A stretch of 64,000 nucleotides of DNA from Patescibacteria group bacterium (GTDB lineage Bacteria > Patescibacteriota > Microgenomatia > UBA1400 > PJMF01), in the NCBI GenBank assembly GCA_016861085.1, contig BOKR01000001.1, positions 761,696-825,695 on the forward strand. The letters run 5' to 3'. The notes beneath the pieces were generated by a model. The model saw only the letters and a program-made list of their open reading frames with translations, searched no databases and was not told the DNA's origin. Within the stretch, counting starts at the first letter, position 1. Every line of letters begins with the position of its first letter. A program made the translations under genes and the position numbers. Below are positions 20,544 through 30,229 of the stretch, one piece after another.

Positions 20544-21305
20544 ATGCAATGTATGAATATTCAACAGTTTTTAAAAGCCTATTATGAATTTCTTATTGAA
20601 CATACCAACCCTCAGCGAGCAAAAAAAGAAAAAGCCTATTTATATTCTGATTTCAAACATTATGGAATCGCATTTGGGTTACGGTCTCAGTTCATAAAAA
20701 AATATAAAAAAGAATTGGCTCAATTAGAAAAGACTGACGCATTAAATCTCATCGACACACTATGGCACAAAGATTCATTTGAGGAAAAAATGTTGGCATT
20801 AGATGTGTTGGGATTACATGCTAAAAAAATCGATCACACAGATATGCCATTTATTGAGCATTTACTAAGAACCTCAAAAGGATGGGCATTGCTTGACAGC
20901 TTTATTATCCAGATAATGCCGGGATTGCTGGAACGTGAACCACAAACATACGATATACTCAAAAAATGGATAACTGACTCAGACTTTTGGGTCAGAAGAT
21001 CTGCGCTGCTTTCCCAATTGTTGTTTTTTCGCAAGAATAATGGTGGAAATAAAAAACTATTTTTTGATTTTGCTGTTTCTCAGTTTGATGAAGGTTGGAT
21101 TGATTCTTTGTACAAAAATACCCTCGATAAAAAAAGGGCAAAATTTTTTATTAGAAAAGCAATTGGTTGGGCACTCAGAGAAATGTCTGTTAAAGACCCA
21201 CAGCCAGTATTTAAATTTCTGAAAAGATACAAAAATGAAATGAGCGGTTTAAGTTTTCGTGAAGGTTCAAGAAAGCTACCAGAAGAATTGAAAAAGCTGC
21301 TGTGA
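20544..21305 (+). CDS. DNA alkylation repair protein (AlkD/AlkC-like HEAT-repeat glycosylase family)
   Basis: Helical-repeat pattern ...WVRRSALLSQL...FIRKAIGWALRE... typical of PF08713. Confidence 0.65.
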   Translation: MQCMNIQQFLKAYYEFLIEHTNPQRAKKEKAYLYSDFKHYGIAFGLRSQFIKKYKKELAQLEKTDALNLIDTLWHKDSFEEKMLALDVLGLHAKKIDHTDMPFIEHLLRTSKGWALLDSFIIQIMPGLLEREPQTYDILKKWITDSDFWVRRSALLSQLLFFRKNNGGNKKLFFDFAVSQFDEGWIDSLYKNTLDKKRAKFFIRKAIGWALREMSVKDPQPVFKFLKRYKNEMSGLSFREGSRKLPEELKKLL

Positions 21306-21326
21306 TGTTACCTGTATAATTTTGAG

Positions 21327-21860
21327 ATGAAAGACACTATGCTCAATGAAATTGAGTCACCAAACGAAGAAAAAAAACTATTGCTAAGTCAAGAAATTGA
21401 AAAAGCTCAAAATGATCGAATCGATCTGTTAAAAAATATTCTTGTTAAAATCGTAAAAGATGAAAAAATTCAAAGAGTGGCTAATTCACTCGTTAATGCT
21501 ACAGTTGGCTCTTACATAACTTTATCTTTAGAAGCATGGAGAGGTAAAACAGCGATTGGAAATCAAGAATTAACACCTCTAGGTCGAATTATGGATATAA
21601 TAATTATCTCAACCGCTGCAACTGCCTATACAACTGTTTTTAATGAAAAACTAAGACCACTTGGGGGTATGTCTTATGCAGTTTCTTGGGCAGGATGGGG
21701 TGTAATGCATGGTCCTGATGTTGTGTTACCGATTATTGCAAAAATGGCTGATGCAACCAGAGAATCAAACCCCAAAACCAGCTCCCTCCTTCAGACTCTG
21801 AAAAAAGGAATTGAAAAAAGTAAAATGATATGGTTTAAGAAAGACACTAACAATGAATAA
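21327..21860 (+). CDS. hypothetical protein
   Basis: 177-aa ORF. Confidence 0.4.
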   Translation: MKDTMLNEIESPNEEKKLLLSQEIEKAQNDRIDLLKNILVKIVKDEKIQRVANSLVNATVGSYITLSLEAWRGKTAIGNQELTPLGRIMDIIIISTAATAYTTVFNEKLRPLGGMSYAVSWAGWGVMHGPDVVLPIIAKMADATRESNPKTSSLLQTLKKGIEKSKMIWFKKDTNNE

Positions 21861-22023
21861 AAATGATATGTCGATTGACGAGATAGTCAAACAACTCATA
21901 GCTTTGGGAGAAGATGCTGACGAGCTTCAATTTTGGTTAGAATTGTTCCCACATTTAGAAAACAATGACCAAACAAAATTGTATGATAATCTTGCAAATG
22001 AGTTAACCAACCTCAAGAAATAG
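21853..22023 (+). CDS. small hypothetical protein (56 aa)
   Basis: ATG at 21853 overlaps the upstream stop (ATGAATAA). MNKNDMSIDEIVKQLIALGEDADELQFW... Its 3' end overlaps the convergent APH-family gene by 11 nt. Confidence 0.3.
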   Translation: MNKNDMSIDEIVKQLIALGEDADELQFWLELFPHLENNDQTKLYDNLANELTNLKK

Positions 22024-22834
22024 TAATCGCAAGATCAAAATATTTCCTATGTTCTCTAAAATCCCCCTCTTTTCTTGCCAAGTGAATTCCCGCAGCAAGA
22101 ACTATTGCTTCTTTCATTCTTTGCTGTGAAATTTCTGGATATCTCTTAATTACCTTTTTATCCAATCTTAAAACTTTTTTGAGTAATTCATACATGAGTC
22201 TGTATGTCTGAGGAATATGAGCTGGAGCATCTGAAACCATTGCATTAACTGCTGTAAGTGCAATATCTAATGCAGGATCACCAACAAATGCATCCATCCA
22301 ATCAATTACGACAATTCTCCCTTCATCAGTTTTGATAACATTTCCATGGTGAAAATCACCATGACATAATTTTTTTGCTTTTGATTTTTTTAGCAACCCC
22401 ATAAGCACTGCCCTTTCTTGTTTGGTCAACCTGTTAGTGCTTTGAATCAATTCTGAAAAACTTTCAAGCTGCGTTGGAACACCAGCCACTTCAAAACTAT
22501 GAATTTTCCTGGCAATATTTGCTAGTACTTCTGACTGAGTAAAATACAAAACTGGCTTTTCTTGGAATAAATCCATAAATGATTTTCCAGAAATTTTTTC
22601 GAAAACAATTCCATGTCTACCATTAACGACTCTCTGTTCAACGGCATGAGGAACTAAGTCACCAACAACTCTTGAAACTGCCTGCACATTCTGAAATTCT
22701 CGAGCAATTTTTTCTTTTGGAAACCCAGCTGAGTATAGCTTTAGAATTTTACCTATGCCAATATCAAAAATTTCTGACTCTCTACCAAAAGCAATTGGCA
22801 TGCCCATATGTTCAGGATTTCTCATCATTTGCAT
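22013..22834 (-). CDS. phosphotransferase (APH/choline-kinase-like protein kinase fold)
   Basis: CHGDFHHGNVIKTDEGRIVVIDWMDAFVGDPALDIA (catalytic loop and DxD). Confidence 0.7.
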   Translation of the reverse strand: MQMMRNPEHMGMPIAFGRESEIFDIGIGKILKLYSAGFPKEKIAREFQNVQAVSRVVGDLVPHAVEQRVVNGRHGIVFEKISGKSFMDLFQEKPVLYFTQSEVLANIARKIHSFEVAGVPTQLESFSELIQSTNRLTKQERAVLMGLLKKSKAKKLCHGDFHHGNVIKTDEGRIVVIDWMDAFVGDPALDIALTAVNAMVSDAPAHIPQTYRLMYELLKKVLRLDKKVIKRYPEISQQRMKEAIVLAAGIHLARKEGDFREHRKYFDLAITIS

Positions 22835-22910
22835 ATTCTATCATCTCGAGAATTTCTTCTCACTATATATACGCTTTTTTTACAGGCATTAGTGCTAAAA
22901 TATAAAAACA

Positions 22911-23480
22911 ATGAAACGAGTATTTATTATTCACGGCTGGACCACAACTAATCAACAAGATTGGATCCCTTGGGCAGTCAAAGAAACTACCAAAAAAGGA
23001 TATACAGTTATTGCACCATTAATGCCTGATACTAATTATCCAATGATTGAAGCTTGGGTGCAAAAAATGGCAGAAGTTGTTGGAGTTGTCCAACCAACCG
23101 ATATATTTATTGGCCACTCACTTGGTTGCCAAGCAATACTTAGATATTTAGAAACACAGCCAGAACATACTAAATTTGATAAGCTCATTCTTGTTGCAGG
23201 TGCTCAACATTTATCAAGAGAAGCGTTGCCTTTGCCAGAGGATGAAGGCATCTTTGCCCCATGGAGAAATACGCCAATCAATTTTGAAAAAATAAGAAAA
23301 ATGGCAAAAAAAGTAGTAGCGCTTTTCTCTAACGATGATCCTTGGGTTCTGTTCGAAGACAATGCTCCAATTTATAAAGAAAAACTTGGCGCTGAAATTA
23401 TCCTACTAAATAATAAGGGTCATTTTATGGAAACAAATGGTGGAGTAACTAAACTACCAGAAATTTTGCAGTATCTATAA
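22911..23480 (+). CDS. alpha/beta serine hydrolase (RBBP9/YdeN-like, PF06821)
   Basis: FIIHGW...IFIGHSLGCQ nucleophile elbow. Confidence 0.7.
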   Translation: MKRVFIIHGWTTTNQQDWIPWAVKETTKKGYTVIAPLMPDTNYPMIEAWVQKMAEVVGVVQPTDIFIGHSLGCQAILRYLETQPEHTKFDKLILVAGAQHLSREALPLPEDEGIFAPWRNTPINFEKIRKMAKKVVALFSNDDPWVLFEDNAPIYKEKLGAEIILLNNKGHFMETNGGVTKLPEILQYL

Positions 23481-23575
23481 AAAGAAAAGTCAAAAAAATT
23501 GCCACTACAGCACATCTGAATATTACTGGCGTTGAACCCCCGAACGGATTTCTTCCAACACTAGGCACACTTATA

Positions 23576-23839
23576 GTGCTTTTGACCGCTGGAACTTTTT
23601 TTTATGCAACAGAAGAGGGATGGTCATACTTTGACTCGTTCTATTTCACCTTTGTAACCATTACTACAGTAGGATATGGCGACTTTCATCCGACAACAGT
23701 ACTATCAAAGACTTTTACAATTTTTTTGATTTTTATGGGAGTTGGACTTGGTCTGTACGTAATTACTTCTTTTTCTGAGAGTTTTAGATCCGGCCGTGGA
23801 AAACGAATGAAACGATTAAAGTCTCTTTTAGATGAGTAG
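23576..23839 (+). CDS. miniature 2TM potassium channel (KcsA/Kcv-like pore-only subunit)
   Basis: Canonical selectivity filter TITTVGYGD between two hydrophobic helices. GTG start. The in-frame upstream extension (IATTAHLNITGVEPPNGFLPTLGTLIVLL) has no canonical start codon. Confidence 0.6.
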   Translation: MLLTAGTFFYATEEGWSYFDSFYFTFVTITTVGYGDFHPTTVLSKTFTIFLIFMGVGLGLYVITSFSESFRSGRGKRMKRLKSLLDE

Positions 23840-23864
23840 GATTCTTTCTGTGTAGAAAATTTGA

Positions 23865-24179
23865 TCAAGCTTTTCTTTTGCCACGTCTACTAAGCACATA
23901 CTGCACAGAAGCACTGACTGCCTTATCTGTTCTGTGGATACAACCGATCCAGCAACATGGTCTGCGAGCTCCTTCTTTCAGCTGTTTAGGCACTCGTTCA
24001 ACATGTTCTTTTCTGGTCTCTGGTTTTTTAACTGAGACTGTCCAACAAATCCATTCGTTGCGGGCAAGGGGTGTAAGGCTTTCCCATAATTCGAGAGCTT
24101 TTGGATCAGAAGCCAAAACAGCCTGCAAATCAGCTGGCAAATCGTGCACCACACCACTAGAAATAGTTTTTTGAGACAT
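23865..24179 (-). CDS. YdeI/OmpD-associated family protein
   Basis: ...LTPLARNEWICWTVSVKKPETRKEHVER... pattern of PF13376. Confidence 0.55.
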   Translation of the reverse strand: MSQKTISSGVVHDLPADLQAVLASDPKALELWESLTPLARNEWICWTVSVKKPETRKEHVERVPKQLKEGARRPCCWIGCIHRTDKAVSASVQYVLSRRGKRKA

Positions 24180-24208
24180 ATGGTTTTAGTAAATACCTAG
24201 ACAGTTGA

Positions 24209-24514
24209 CTAAATAATCCCAGAAAGAAGCAGAACCAAAGCAATTATGACAATCACTGCAAACGCTCCAACCGTCTGAACAAATAAATCCAAAGATTCTT
24301 TTTTCTTCCCATTAACCAAAAGCAAAAGAGGTTGATAAAAAAATAGATATGCCATCACTGCAACAGAAAGAGTAAGTAATGATAGAAAAATGATCGGAGC
24401 AAAGACAGTATCGGGTTTATTACCTTGAGTTTCTGAAATGAAATTCATAACGCTAGCCACAACAACAATATAAGCTGAGGCACTTAAAGCGTTGACAATA
24501 GATTTTTTAGACAT
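24209..24514 (-). CDS. small membrane protein, hypothetical
   Basis: Three predicted TM helices. Confidence 0.4.
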   Translation of the reverse strand: MSKKSIVNALSASAYIVVVASVMNFISETQGNKPDTVFAPIIFLSLLTLSVAVMAYLFFYQPLLLLVNGKKKESLDLFVQTVGAFAVIVIIALVLLLSGII

Positions 24515-24535
24515 ACAACAATTTTACCTTTCTTT

Positions 24536-25156
24536 TTACTCCTGATACTGCTGCATTAGTTGCTCGAGCTGCTCTTGATTCATGGCCGGATTATCCCCCG
24601 AACCATTGCTTTGAATATTTTGCATAAAAGCACTCATGTCAGTAAACGTAATATCTGTTGGAGGGGTCAACATACTTTCATCAAATGACTCAGTTGTGCA
24701 GGTAACTGTATATCCAAGATTTTCGTATTCATCCCATGCTGATTCTTGAGAAAAATCTGGAGCCTGAGTAGCTTGTGGAGATTCAGGATTTTGATCAGTT
24801 GGTGCAGTTACTGGGAATTTGACACCTTCTTTTTTTGTCTCGTTCCAGGTATACACATACTCTGTATCAGTCAAAAATGAGCCACTCGCTTCAGGATTTT
24901 GTGGGTCAAGAGAATCAACGCGAACTTTTTTACCTTTCATGTAATACTGACCAGTTTGCTGTGTTTGAGTGTTTCTCATTTCACATTTTACTGATTTTCC
25001 AGATTCAATCGCTGCACCAATTTTTTGCCATTCAGAAAGAGATTCTGCAGCTGTTTGCCCGTCTCCAATTGTTGCCGTGGTAGTTTGTGATTTATTCAAA
25101 CATCCACTCAAAAAAAGAGCACTTCCGACCAATATAACTGCATGAAACTTATTCAT
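24536..25156 (-). CDS. lipoprotein, hypothetical
   Basis: Likely start MNKFHAVILVGSALFLSGC (lipobox LSGC). The ORF track extends it to 25234. Confidence 0.5.
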   Translation of the reverse strand: MNKFHAVILVGSALFLSGCLNKSQTTTATIGDGQTAAESLSEWQKIGAAIESGKSVKCEMRNTQTQQTGQYYMKGKKVRVDSLDPQNPEASGSFLTDTEYVYTWNETKKEGVKFPVTAPTDQNPESPQATQAPDFSQESAWDEYENLGYTVTCTTESFDESMLTPPTDITFTDMSAFMQNIQSNGSGDNPAMNQEQLEQLMQQYQE

Positions 25157-25202
25157 ATTTGTCCTTAACAGCTTACTAAGTAAATTGAGTATAGCATAAG
25201 CT

Positions 25203-25583
25203 TTACTTCTCAACGACCGCCTCAAACCCACCATATGCCATGCGCCTCATATCAAATGGTACCGACATATCTTTGTATTTGTCTTGATCTTTATTCATCT
25301 CTTCCATAACTTTTGCATTAACTTGATCTCTATGTTCTTTGGACTCAAAGACAATAAAAGAAAACCAAACTGTTTCATCGCTGCCTGCTCCAGCCATTTC
25401 AACAAAAGAGCGTGTTTTTTGATCGCCCATTTCTTGAGGTTTCAAATCATCTCCCCTGCATTCAAAATATTCTAATGCTCCTAGCCGCATCCACATATCT
25501 GCTCCATCTTGAGCCATTTTTTTATATTCTTCAGTTTTATCTTTTGGTACTACCAGAACGAAACCATCTACGTATTTAGACAT
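25203..25583 (-). CDS. DUF1428 family protein
   Basis: MSKYVDGFVLVVPKDK...VWFSFIVFESKEHRDQVNAKVM pattern. Confidence 0.6.
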   Translation of the reverse strand: MSKYVDGFVLVVPKDKTEEYKKMAQDGADMWMRLGALEYFECRGDDLKPQEMGDQKTRSFVEMAGAGSDETVWFSFIVFESKEHRDQVNAKVMEEMNKDQDKYKDMSVPFDMRRMAYGGFEAVVEK

Positions 25584-25703
25584 ATCTCCTCCATATTACT
25601 TAATTAATAGTATCGAAAATCATTATAGCATCGCTGAAATGTGAAAGAAATGTAAGAAAATGGTAAGTTTGCCGCAGGCCTTATACAGTATAATAGTCTC
25701 TTC

Positions 25704-27326
25704 ATGTTACTTGAAGCAAAACAATTATCTAAACAAATCGGAGCCAAGTACCTCTTTGAGGATGTGTCTTTTTCTATTATGCCGGGTGAAAAAGTTGCCT
25801 TGATTGGCCGAAACGGTCAAGGGAAAACCACCTTGTTAAAAATCATTAGTGGAGAAGATCATGACTATCTTGGTACTGTAACCACTGCAAAAGGTACACA
25901 TACTACACTTACTCGACAAGAGCATGAAGGTCTGGAATCACAAACACCTCTTGAATACATAATAAATAGTGTTCCCAATTATTTTACATATAAAAAAATT
26001 TTGGAAGAGTATGAAGAGGGTAAACACACTAATCTGACTCGTTATTTAGAAGTACTAGACATCTTTACTGCTAAAAAATTTTTCTATTTACCAGAGGCCA
26101 TTATAAGCACTCTTGCAGATTTTGGTATTCCTCCTGAATTATCACGACAACCATTTTCTCAGCTTTCTGGTGGGCAAAAGCGCTACGCCGAAATGACTCG
26201 CATGATGTTTTCACAGGCAGACTTGCTGCTTATCGATGAACCAACTAACCACTTAGACTATTTGGGAAAAGAGCGTTTTATCTCCTGGATGAAAGGCATT
26301 AAAAAAGCAGTCATTGTAGTTACTCATGATCGTGATGTCTTGAAATATGTTGATAAGATTATTGAACTCAAAGATAAACGACTGCACATCTTTAATGGAA
26401 ACTTTGACCATTACGTCTATCAAAATTCTTCACAAACTATGACCTCTGTTAAGCAGTACCAAGATCAATTAAATCTACTCAAAGAAGCTAAAAAGAAAGT
26501 TGATTGGGGTTTACGCATGCGAGCAAAAAGTAAAGCATGGAAAATTCGCTATGATCATTGGCAGAGAGATTATGACCGCATTAAAGCTGCAACAGTGAAA
26601 CCTTCGTTTTGGATTGATCAAGAAAGTATTGAATCATTGGACCAAAAAACAATTGACTCATATGACAAATTTAAAGAAAAAAACATTAATATCTCTATTA
26701 CTAGCAAGCGTGAACATGGTATCGAACGGCTTGAAATTCGTAATTTGGCCTTAGGGTACAAAGATCCAGTTTTTGCTGGATTAAGTTTTTCAATACATGA
26801 TAATGACAGAGTTTTTATTAAAGGTAAAAACGGAGCGGGGAAAAGTACCTTAGTGCGAACTATCTTATCGCTTTCAAAAAATCAGACACCAACAGCTAAC
26901 CAATTTGAGGGCACAATTAAACTGTCTAATGACCTTCGAATTGGTGAATATCAACAAGAAATAGACTCACGGTTTCTTAACCTTTCACTCTCGGATGCAA
27001 TTAGCACCTGCTATTTAGAAAAAGGGGTAAATGTTGCTGAACAAACCATTAAAAGCATGCTCGCTCAATACCTTTTTAACCCTACTCTTGATGCACATCA
27101 AAAGATAAAGAACCTATCGGGTGGACAAAAAGCCCGTTTCCAAATCATCACAATGTTAATTGATAATCCTAATCTATTAATCCTAGACGAACCAACCAAC
27201 CACTTAGATTTACCTTCAATTGAAGAACTAGAGAATGCACTGGGCAATTTTCAAGGTGCAATTTTGTACATTTCACATGACACCTATTTTATTAAAAAGA
27301 TGGGTGGGCAAGTTGTTGAGTTATAA
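25704..27326 (+). CDS. ABC-F family ATPase (two ABC cassettes, no TMD)
   Basis: Two Walker A sites (GRNGQGKTT, GKNGAGKST) and two signatures (LSGGQKRY, LSGGQKARF) separated by a coiled-coil linker. Confidence 0.85.
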   Translation: MLLEAKQLSKQIGAKYLFEDVSFSIMPGEKVALIGRNGQGKTTLLKIISGEDHDYLGTVTTAKGTHTTLTRQEHEGLESQTPLEYIINSVPNYFTYKKILEEYEEGKHTNLTRYLEVLDIFTAKKFFYLPEAIISTLADFGIPPELSRQPFSQLSGGQKRYAEMTRMMFSQADLLLIDEPTNHLDYLGKERFISWMKGIKKAVIVVTHDRDVLKYVDKIIELKDKRLHIFNGNFDHYVYQNSSQTMTSVKQYQDQLNLLKEAKKKVDWGLRMRAKSKAWKIRYDHWQRDYDRIKAATVKPSFWIDQESIESLDQKTIDSYDKFKEKNINISITSKREHGIERLEIRNLALGYKDPVFAGLSFSIHDNDRVFIKGKNGAGKSTLVRTILSLSKNQTPTANQFEGTIKLSNDLRIGEYQQEIDSRFLNLSLSDAISTCYLEKGVNVAEQTIKSMLAQYLFNPTLDAHQKIKNLSGGQKARFQIITMLIDNPNLLILDEPTNHLDLPSIEELENALGNFQGAILYISHDTYFIKKMGGQVVEL

Positions 27327-27341
27327 CAATATTGGTTTAAC

Positions 27342-28559
27342 TTAGTCAAAAGAATACTGAGCTTTTTGAAACTTTGCTACAAAATCTGTAACTTCTTGCT
27401 GAATATTTTCACCTTTAAATGATCTCTCAAGAAAACCAGCAATTACTTGCATTTCAGCTTCTTTCATACCTCTGCGAGTTATTTCTTGAGTTCCTAAACG
27501 AATAAAAATACCTTTATCAAATAAGTCATCAAAATTGACTGTGATGTTGTTGCTAAATAACTGACTATATAGTTGTTTGTAATCACCCAATTCAGCAGTA
27601 AATACATGAGCTTGGTGATTTTCAGAAAATCTTCCAGTATTTGCTTTTCTTAGACTATAACCTTTATCACTAAGTGCTTGAGCCAATGCATTTGAGTTAG
27701 AAATAATTTGCCTTGCATATTCTTGACCAAATTCTTTCATCTCTAAAATTGTTGTGGCGAGTGCAATTAAATGATGAGTAATTGGTGAAGAAAACAAACA
27801 GCTATTAATTATTTTGTTTGCGCGTACACCTAACTTTTCATCTTTGAATGCAATCATACCTTTATGAGGACCAGGTAATGTTTTATGAGTGTTTGCACAA
27901 ATAACGTCAGCCCCTTCTGCAAAAGGATTTTGAAAGGTTTGTCCCATGATTAAACCCATTGTGTGACTCGCATCATAAATAATGATTGCTTTTTCCCCCA
28001 GCGCCTGGCGAATTTCCCTCAGGTTATGTGGATTCAAATAATATGAAACATCCATATAGAATGCTTTTGCACCAGATTCTTTAAACTTCTTTGCCAATTT
28101 TCCGACATCAAAAGAAAGTGTTTCAAAATCATATTCAGCAAACACATGTTTGCGTCCAACCCTATCAAGAATGCCCTTTGTGGCAAAGTGCCCACCGTGA
28201 TCATGGTGCACCGTCATGACAACATCACCAGGTTCTGTTGTAGAAAGAATTGCACACATCATTGCGTGCACACCAGACAGACAGTTAAGGTTCACAATGT
28301 GCGCACCAAGCATTTCCTTAGCTACATCTTCAGCTGCCTCAATCAGTGATGCTACACCAGGGAAACCTATTGCTGTAAAAGGACCAAGGTCAACTTTAGA
28401 ATCTTCTTCAGCTCCCATAAAATATCTATCAGCAATTTTTGAGCTCATAAAAGCTCTTGCTGTTTCAGACATTAAAGGTTCATTTGCGGTTAAGTGTAAA
28501 AACTCTTCGTTTCTTTTTTCTTCTGCTCTAATTTTGGAATAAAATTGATCAATGTTCAT
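27342..28559 (-). CDS. glyA: serine hydroxymethyltransferase-like PLP enzyme
   Basis: PLP-lysine region GADVICANTHKTLPGPHKG and VHHDHGGHFATKG resemble SHMT motifs. Divergent N-terminus. Confidence 0.7.
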   Translation of the reverse strand: MNIDQFYSKIRAEEKRNEEFLHLTANEPLMSETARAFMSSKIADRYFMGAEEDSKVDLGPFTAIGFPGVASLIEAAEDVAKEMLGAHIVNLNCLSGVHAMMCAILSTTEPGDVVMTVHHDHGGHFATKGILDRVGRKHVFAEYDFETLSFDVGKLAKKFKESGAKAFYMDVSYYLNPHNLREIRQALGEKAIIIYDASHTMGLIMGQTFQNPFAEGADVICANTHKTLPGPHKGMIAFKDEKLGVRANKIINSCLFSSPITHHLIALATTILEMKEFGQEYARQIISNSNALAQALSDKGYSLRKANTGRFSENHQAHVFTAELGDYKQLYSQLFSNNITVNFDDLFDKGIFIRLGTQEITRRGMKEAEMQVIAGFLERSFKGENIQQEVTDFVAKFQKAQYSFD

Positions 28560-28588
28560 AGAACATGATTATAGCAAAGAAATTTGAT

Positions 28589-28641
28589 AAACCTTTCGTC
28601 CTTTTGGACTCATCAGTATGGATACACATCCATAGAGGTTT
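28589..28641 (-). ncRNA. type III hammerhead self-cleaving ribozyme
   Basis: Minus-strand RNA AAACCUC^UAUGGAU-GUGU-AUCCAUA-CUGAUGA-GUCC-AAAA-GGAC-GAA-AGGUUU. All conserved core nucleotides are present (C3U4G5A6U7G8A9, G12A13A14, A15.1-U16.1, C17). Stem I is 7 bp, stem II 4 bp, stem III 6 bp. It lies 30 nt upstream of the glyA start. Confidence 0.75.
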
Positions 28642-28735
28642 GCTGTACCTTTCGGTAAATTGTCCGCACGACAATCCAGAATACATTCTGCAGCAACACC
28701 ATAATCTTACTTTAGGCTGATTTAGTTAGTTGAAA

Positions 28736-30229
28736 TCAATTTCCTTCCGAGAGGTAGGCCGGGGCGAACCCGTCAAATACCTCCAGGTCTGGGAAGCCAA
28801 CGCGGTCAATGACCCCGATGTCTAGGCCGGGGAGATCAAGAAGCAGTTCTTCAGGAGCCGTCGCAATCAGAAGAGTTGACATATAGTAATGTAAACCATT
28901 CCCAGAACCAGGTTTGTAGGGGAAGTAGAGGCCAACTGCTTCAAGGCCGGATTTGCCCAGGCCGTTCAGAAGCGACATTGCGAGAGCAACATTGGCGTGG
29001 TCTGGGGTGCCAATGACTGCGTATTTGATGCCGCCACTTGTGCCAACATCAATCGTCCCGGATACGCTTCCGCCCTCTCCGCCGCTGACATTGGCCGAGT
29101 AAGGTGCGGTGTCTTTCCGCAGGTCTCCGAGCAAGTGGACCGCTAACAGTACGCCGGGTTGTTGGCCGTTGCGGATTTGGGGGTACAGGCCGACCCAGTT
29201 GTCGGACTGTTCTATAGCATCCGCCGTTTCAGGAGAGTCAACCAGAAGCACCAGCGAGCTGGGTTCGGGGCTGACCTGCGGGGTCAGAAAGACCCACGCA
29301 TAATAACGGCCGTCACTGAAGACGTATTCCAGGCGGGAAAGTGAGCCAGTGCCAATCAGGTTGGTATTGGGGCCACGGCCGAGGGTGTGCCGGTACGTAA
29401 GCTGGACGGTACCGATTTCCACACCACTGCGGAAAATATGGAAGCCAGTCTGGCGACCAATAATTTCCTTGATGCTGTCCGTGTCCACGATGAAGAGATC
29501 CGGCGTTTCCGCGCCAGTTTGCAACGTGTTACGGATTGAATCGAGGCCGACAGCAACAGTATCAAACGGCGTGCGCGAGGTTTCCCAGAAACCCCATTCA
29601 TGGAACTCGGGAGCAATAACAGTCATCGGGTTTTCCCAGACTGCCGTTGCGCCCATTGCCAGAATGTTTTCGGCGGAGGTGCCCCAGCGTTCGCCATACT
29701 GGATATCGGTCAAGTACAAAGTGCTGGCGCAGGGTTCGGTCACTTCATAGACCAGGGCGACTTCGCCCCGATCAAAGGTCCGAGCAACGCCGCGGAACAG
29801 CCACTGCCAGAGAGTTACGTCCTTCACTTCCAGGATGACCATTCCTTGAACGAGGCAATGGTTGGCATCATAGTACTCGACGACTTCAAGTGAGCCGCCC
29901 AGGTAGTCTCCCCAGGTAACCTGTTGCATTACACCAACTTTGTCGGTAGGTAAATGCCACAAGCGTTCGCTCGCCACACCGCCTGCTCCGCCCTGAGTTT
30001 CTTCGTAATTCAACTCGAAGAAAGGCGAAAGCATTTTTGATGTCTGAGATCCCAGGCCAGCGTGGTAGTTTAAAGTAACCGGGTACTGCCCATTGACGGG
30101 CGGAGGGAGAGGGATAAAGTACTGCGCCGGTGGTTTAGGGGCCGGGTCAGGGTTGCTATCGCAAGCGGCTAAAAAAGCGGCAAGCAACAGCAGGATAATA
30201 GAGATAACGGTCAATTGTTTCTTATTCAT
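28736..30229 (-). CDS. high-GC lipoprotein, hypothetical (probable horizontal acquisition)
   Basis: 497-aa ORF. Signal peptide with lipobox LAAC, then a Pro/Ala-rich linker. The gene body is about 60% GC (one line counted at 37/60) against about 30% in the flanks. Confidence 0.7.
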   Translation of the reverse strand: MNKKQLTVISIILLLLAAFLAACDSNPDPAPKPPAQYFIPLPPPVNGQYPVTLNYHAGLGSQTSKMLSPFFELNYEETQGGAGGVASERLWHLPTDKVGVMQQVTWGDYLGGSLEVVEYYDANHCLVQGMVILEVKDVTLWQWLFRGVARTFDRGEVALVYEVTEPCASTLYLTDIQYGERWGTSAENILAMGATAVWENPMTVIAPEFHEWGFWETSRTPFDTVAVGLDSIRNTLQTGAETPDLFIVDTDSIKEIIGRQTGFHIFRSGVEIGTVQLTYRHTLGRGPNTNLIGTGSLSRLEYVFSDGRYYAWVFLTPQVSPEPSSLVLLVDSPETADAIEQSDNWVGLYPQIRNGQQPGVLLAVHLLGDLRKDTAPYSANVSGGEGGSVSGTIDVGTSGGIKYAVIGTPDHANVALAMSLLNGLGKSGLEAVGLYFPYKPGSGNGLHYYMSTLLIATAPEELLLDLPGLDIGVIDRVGFPDLEVFDGFAPAYLSEGN

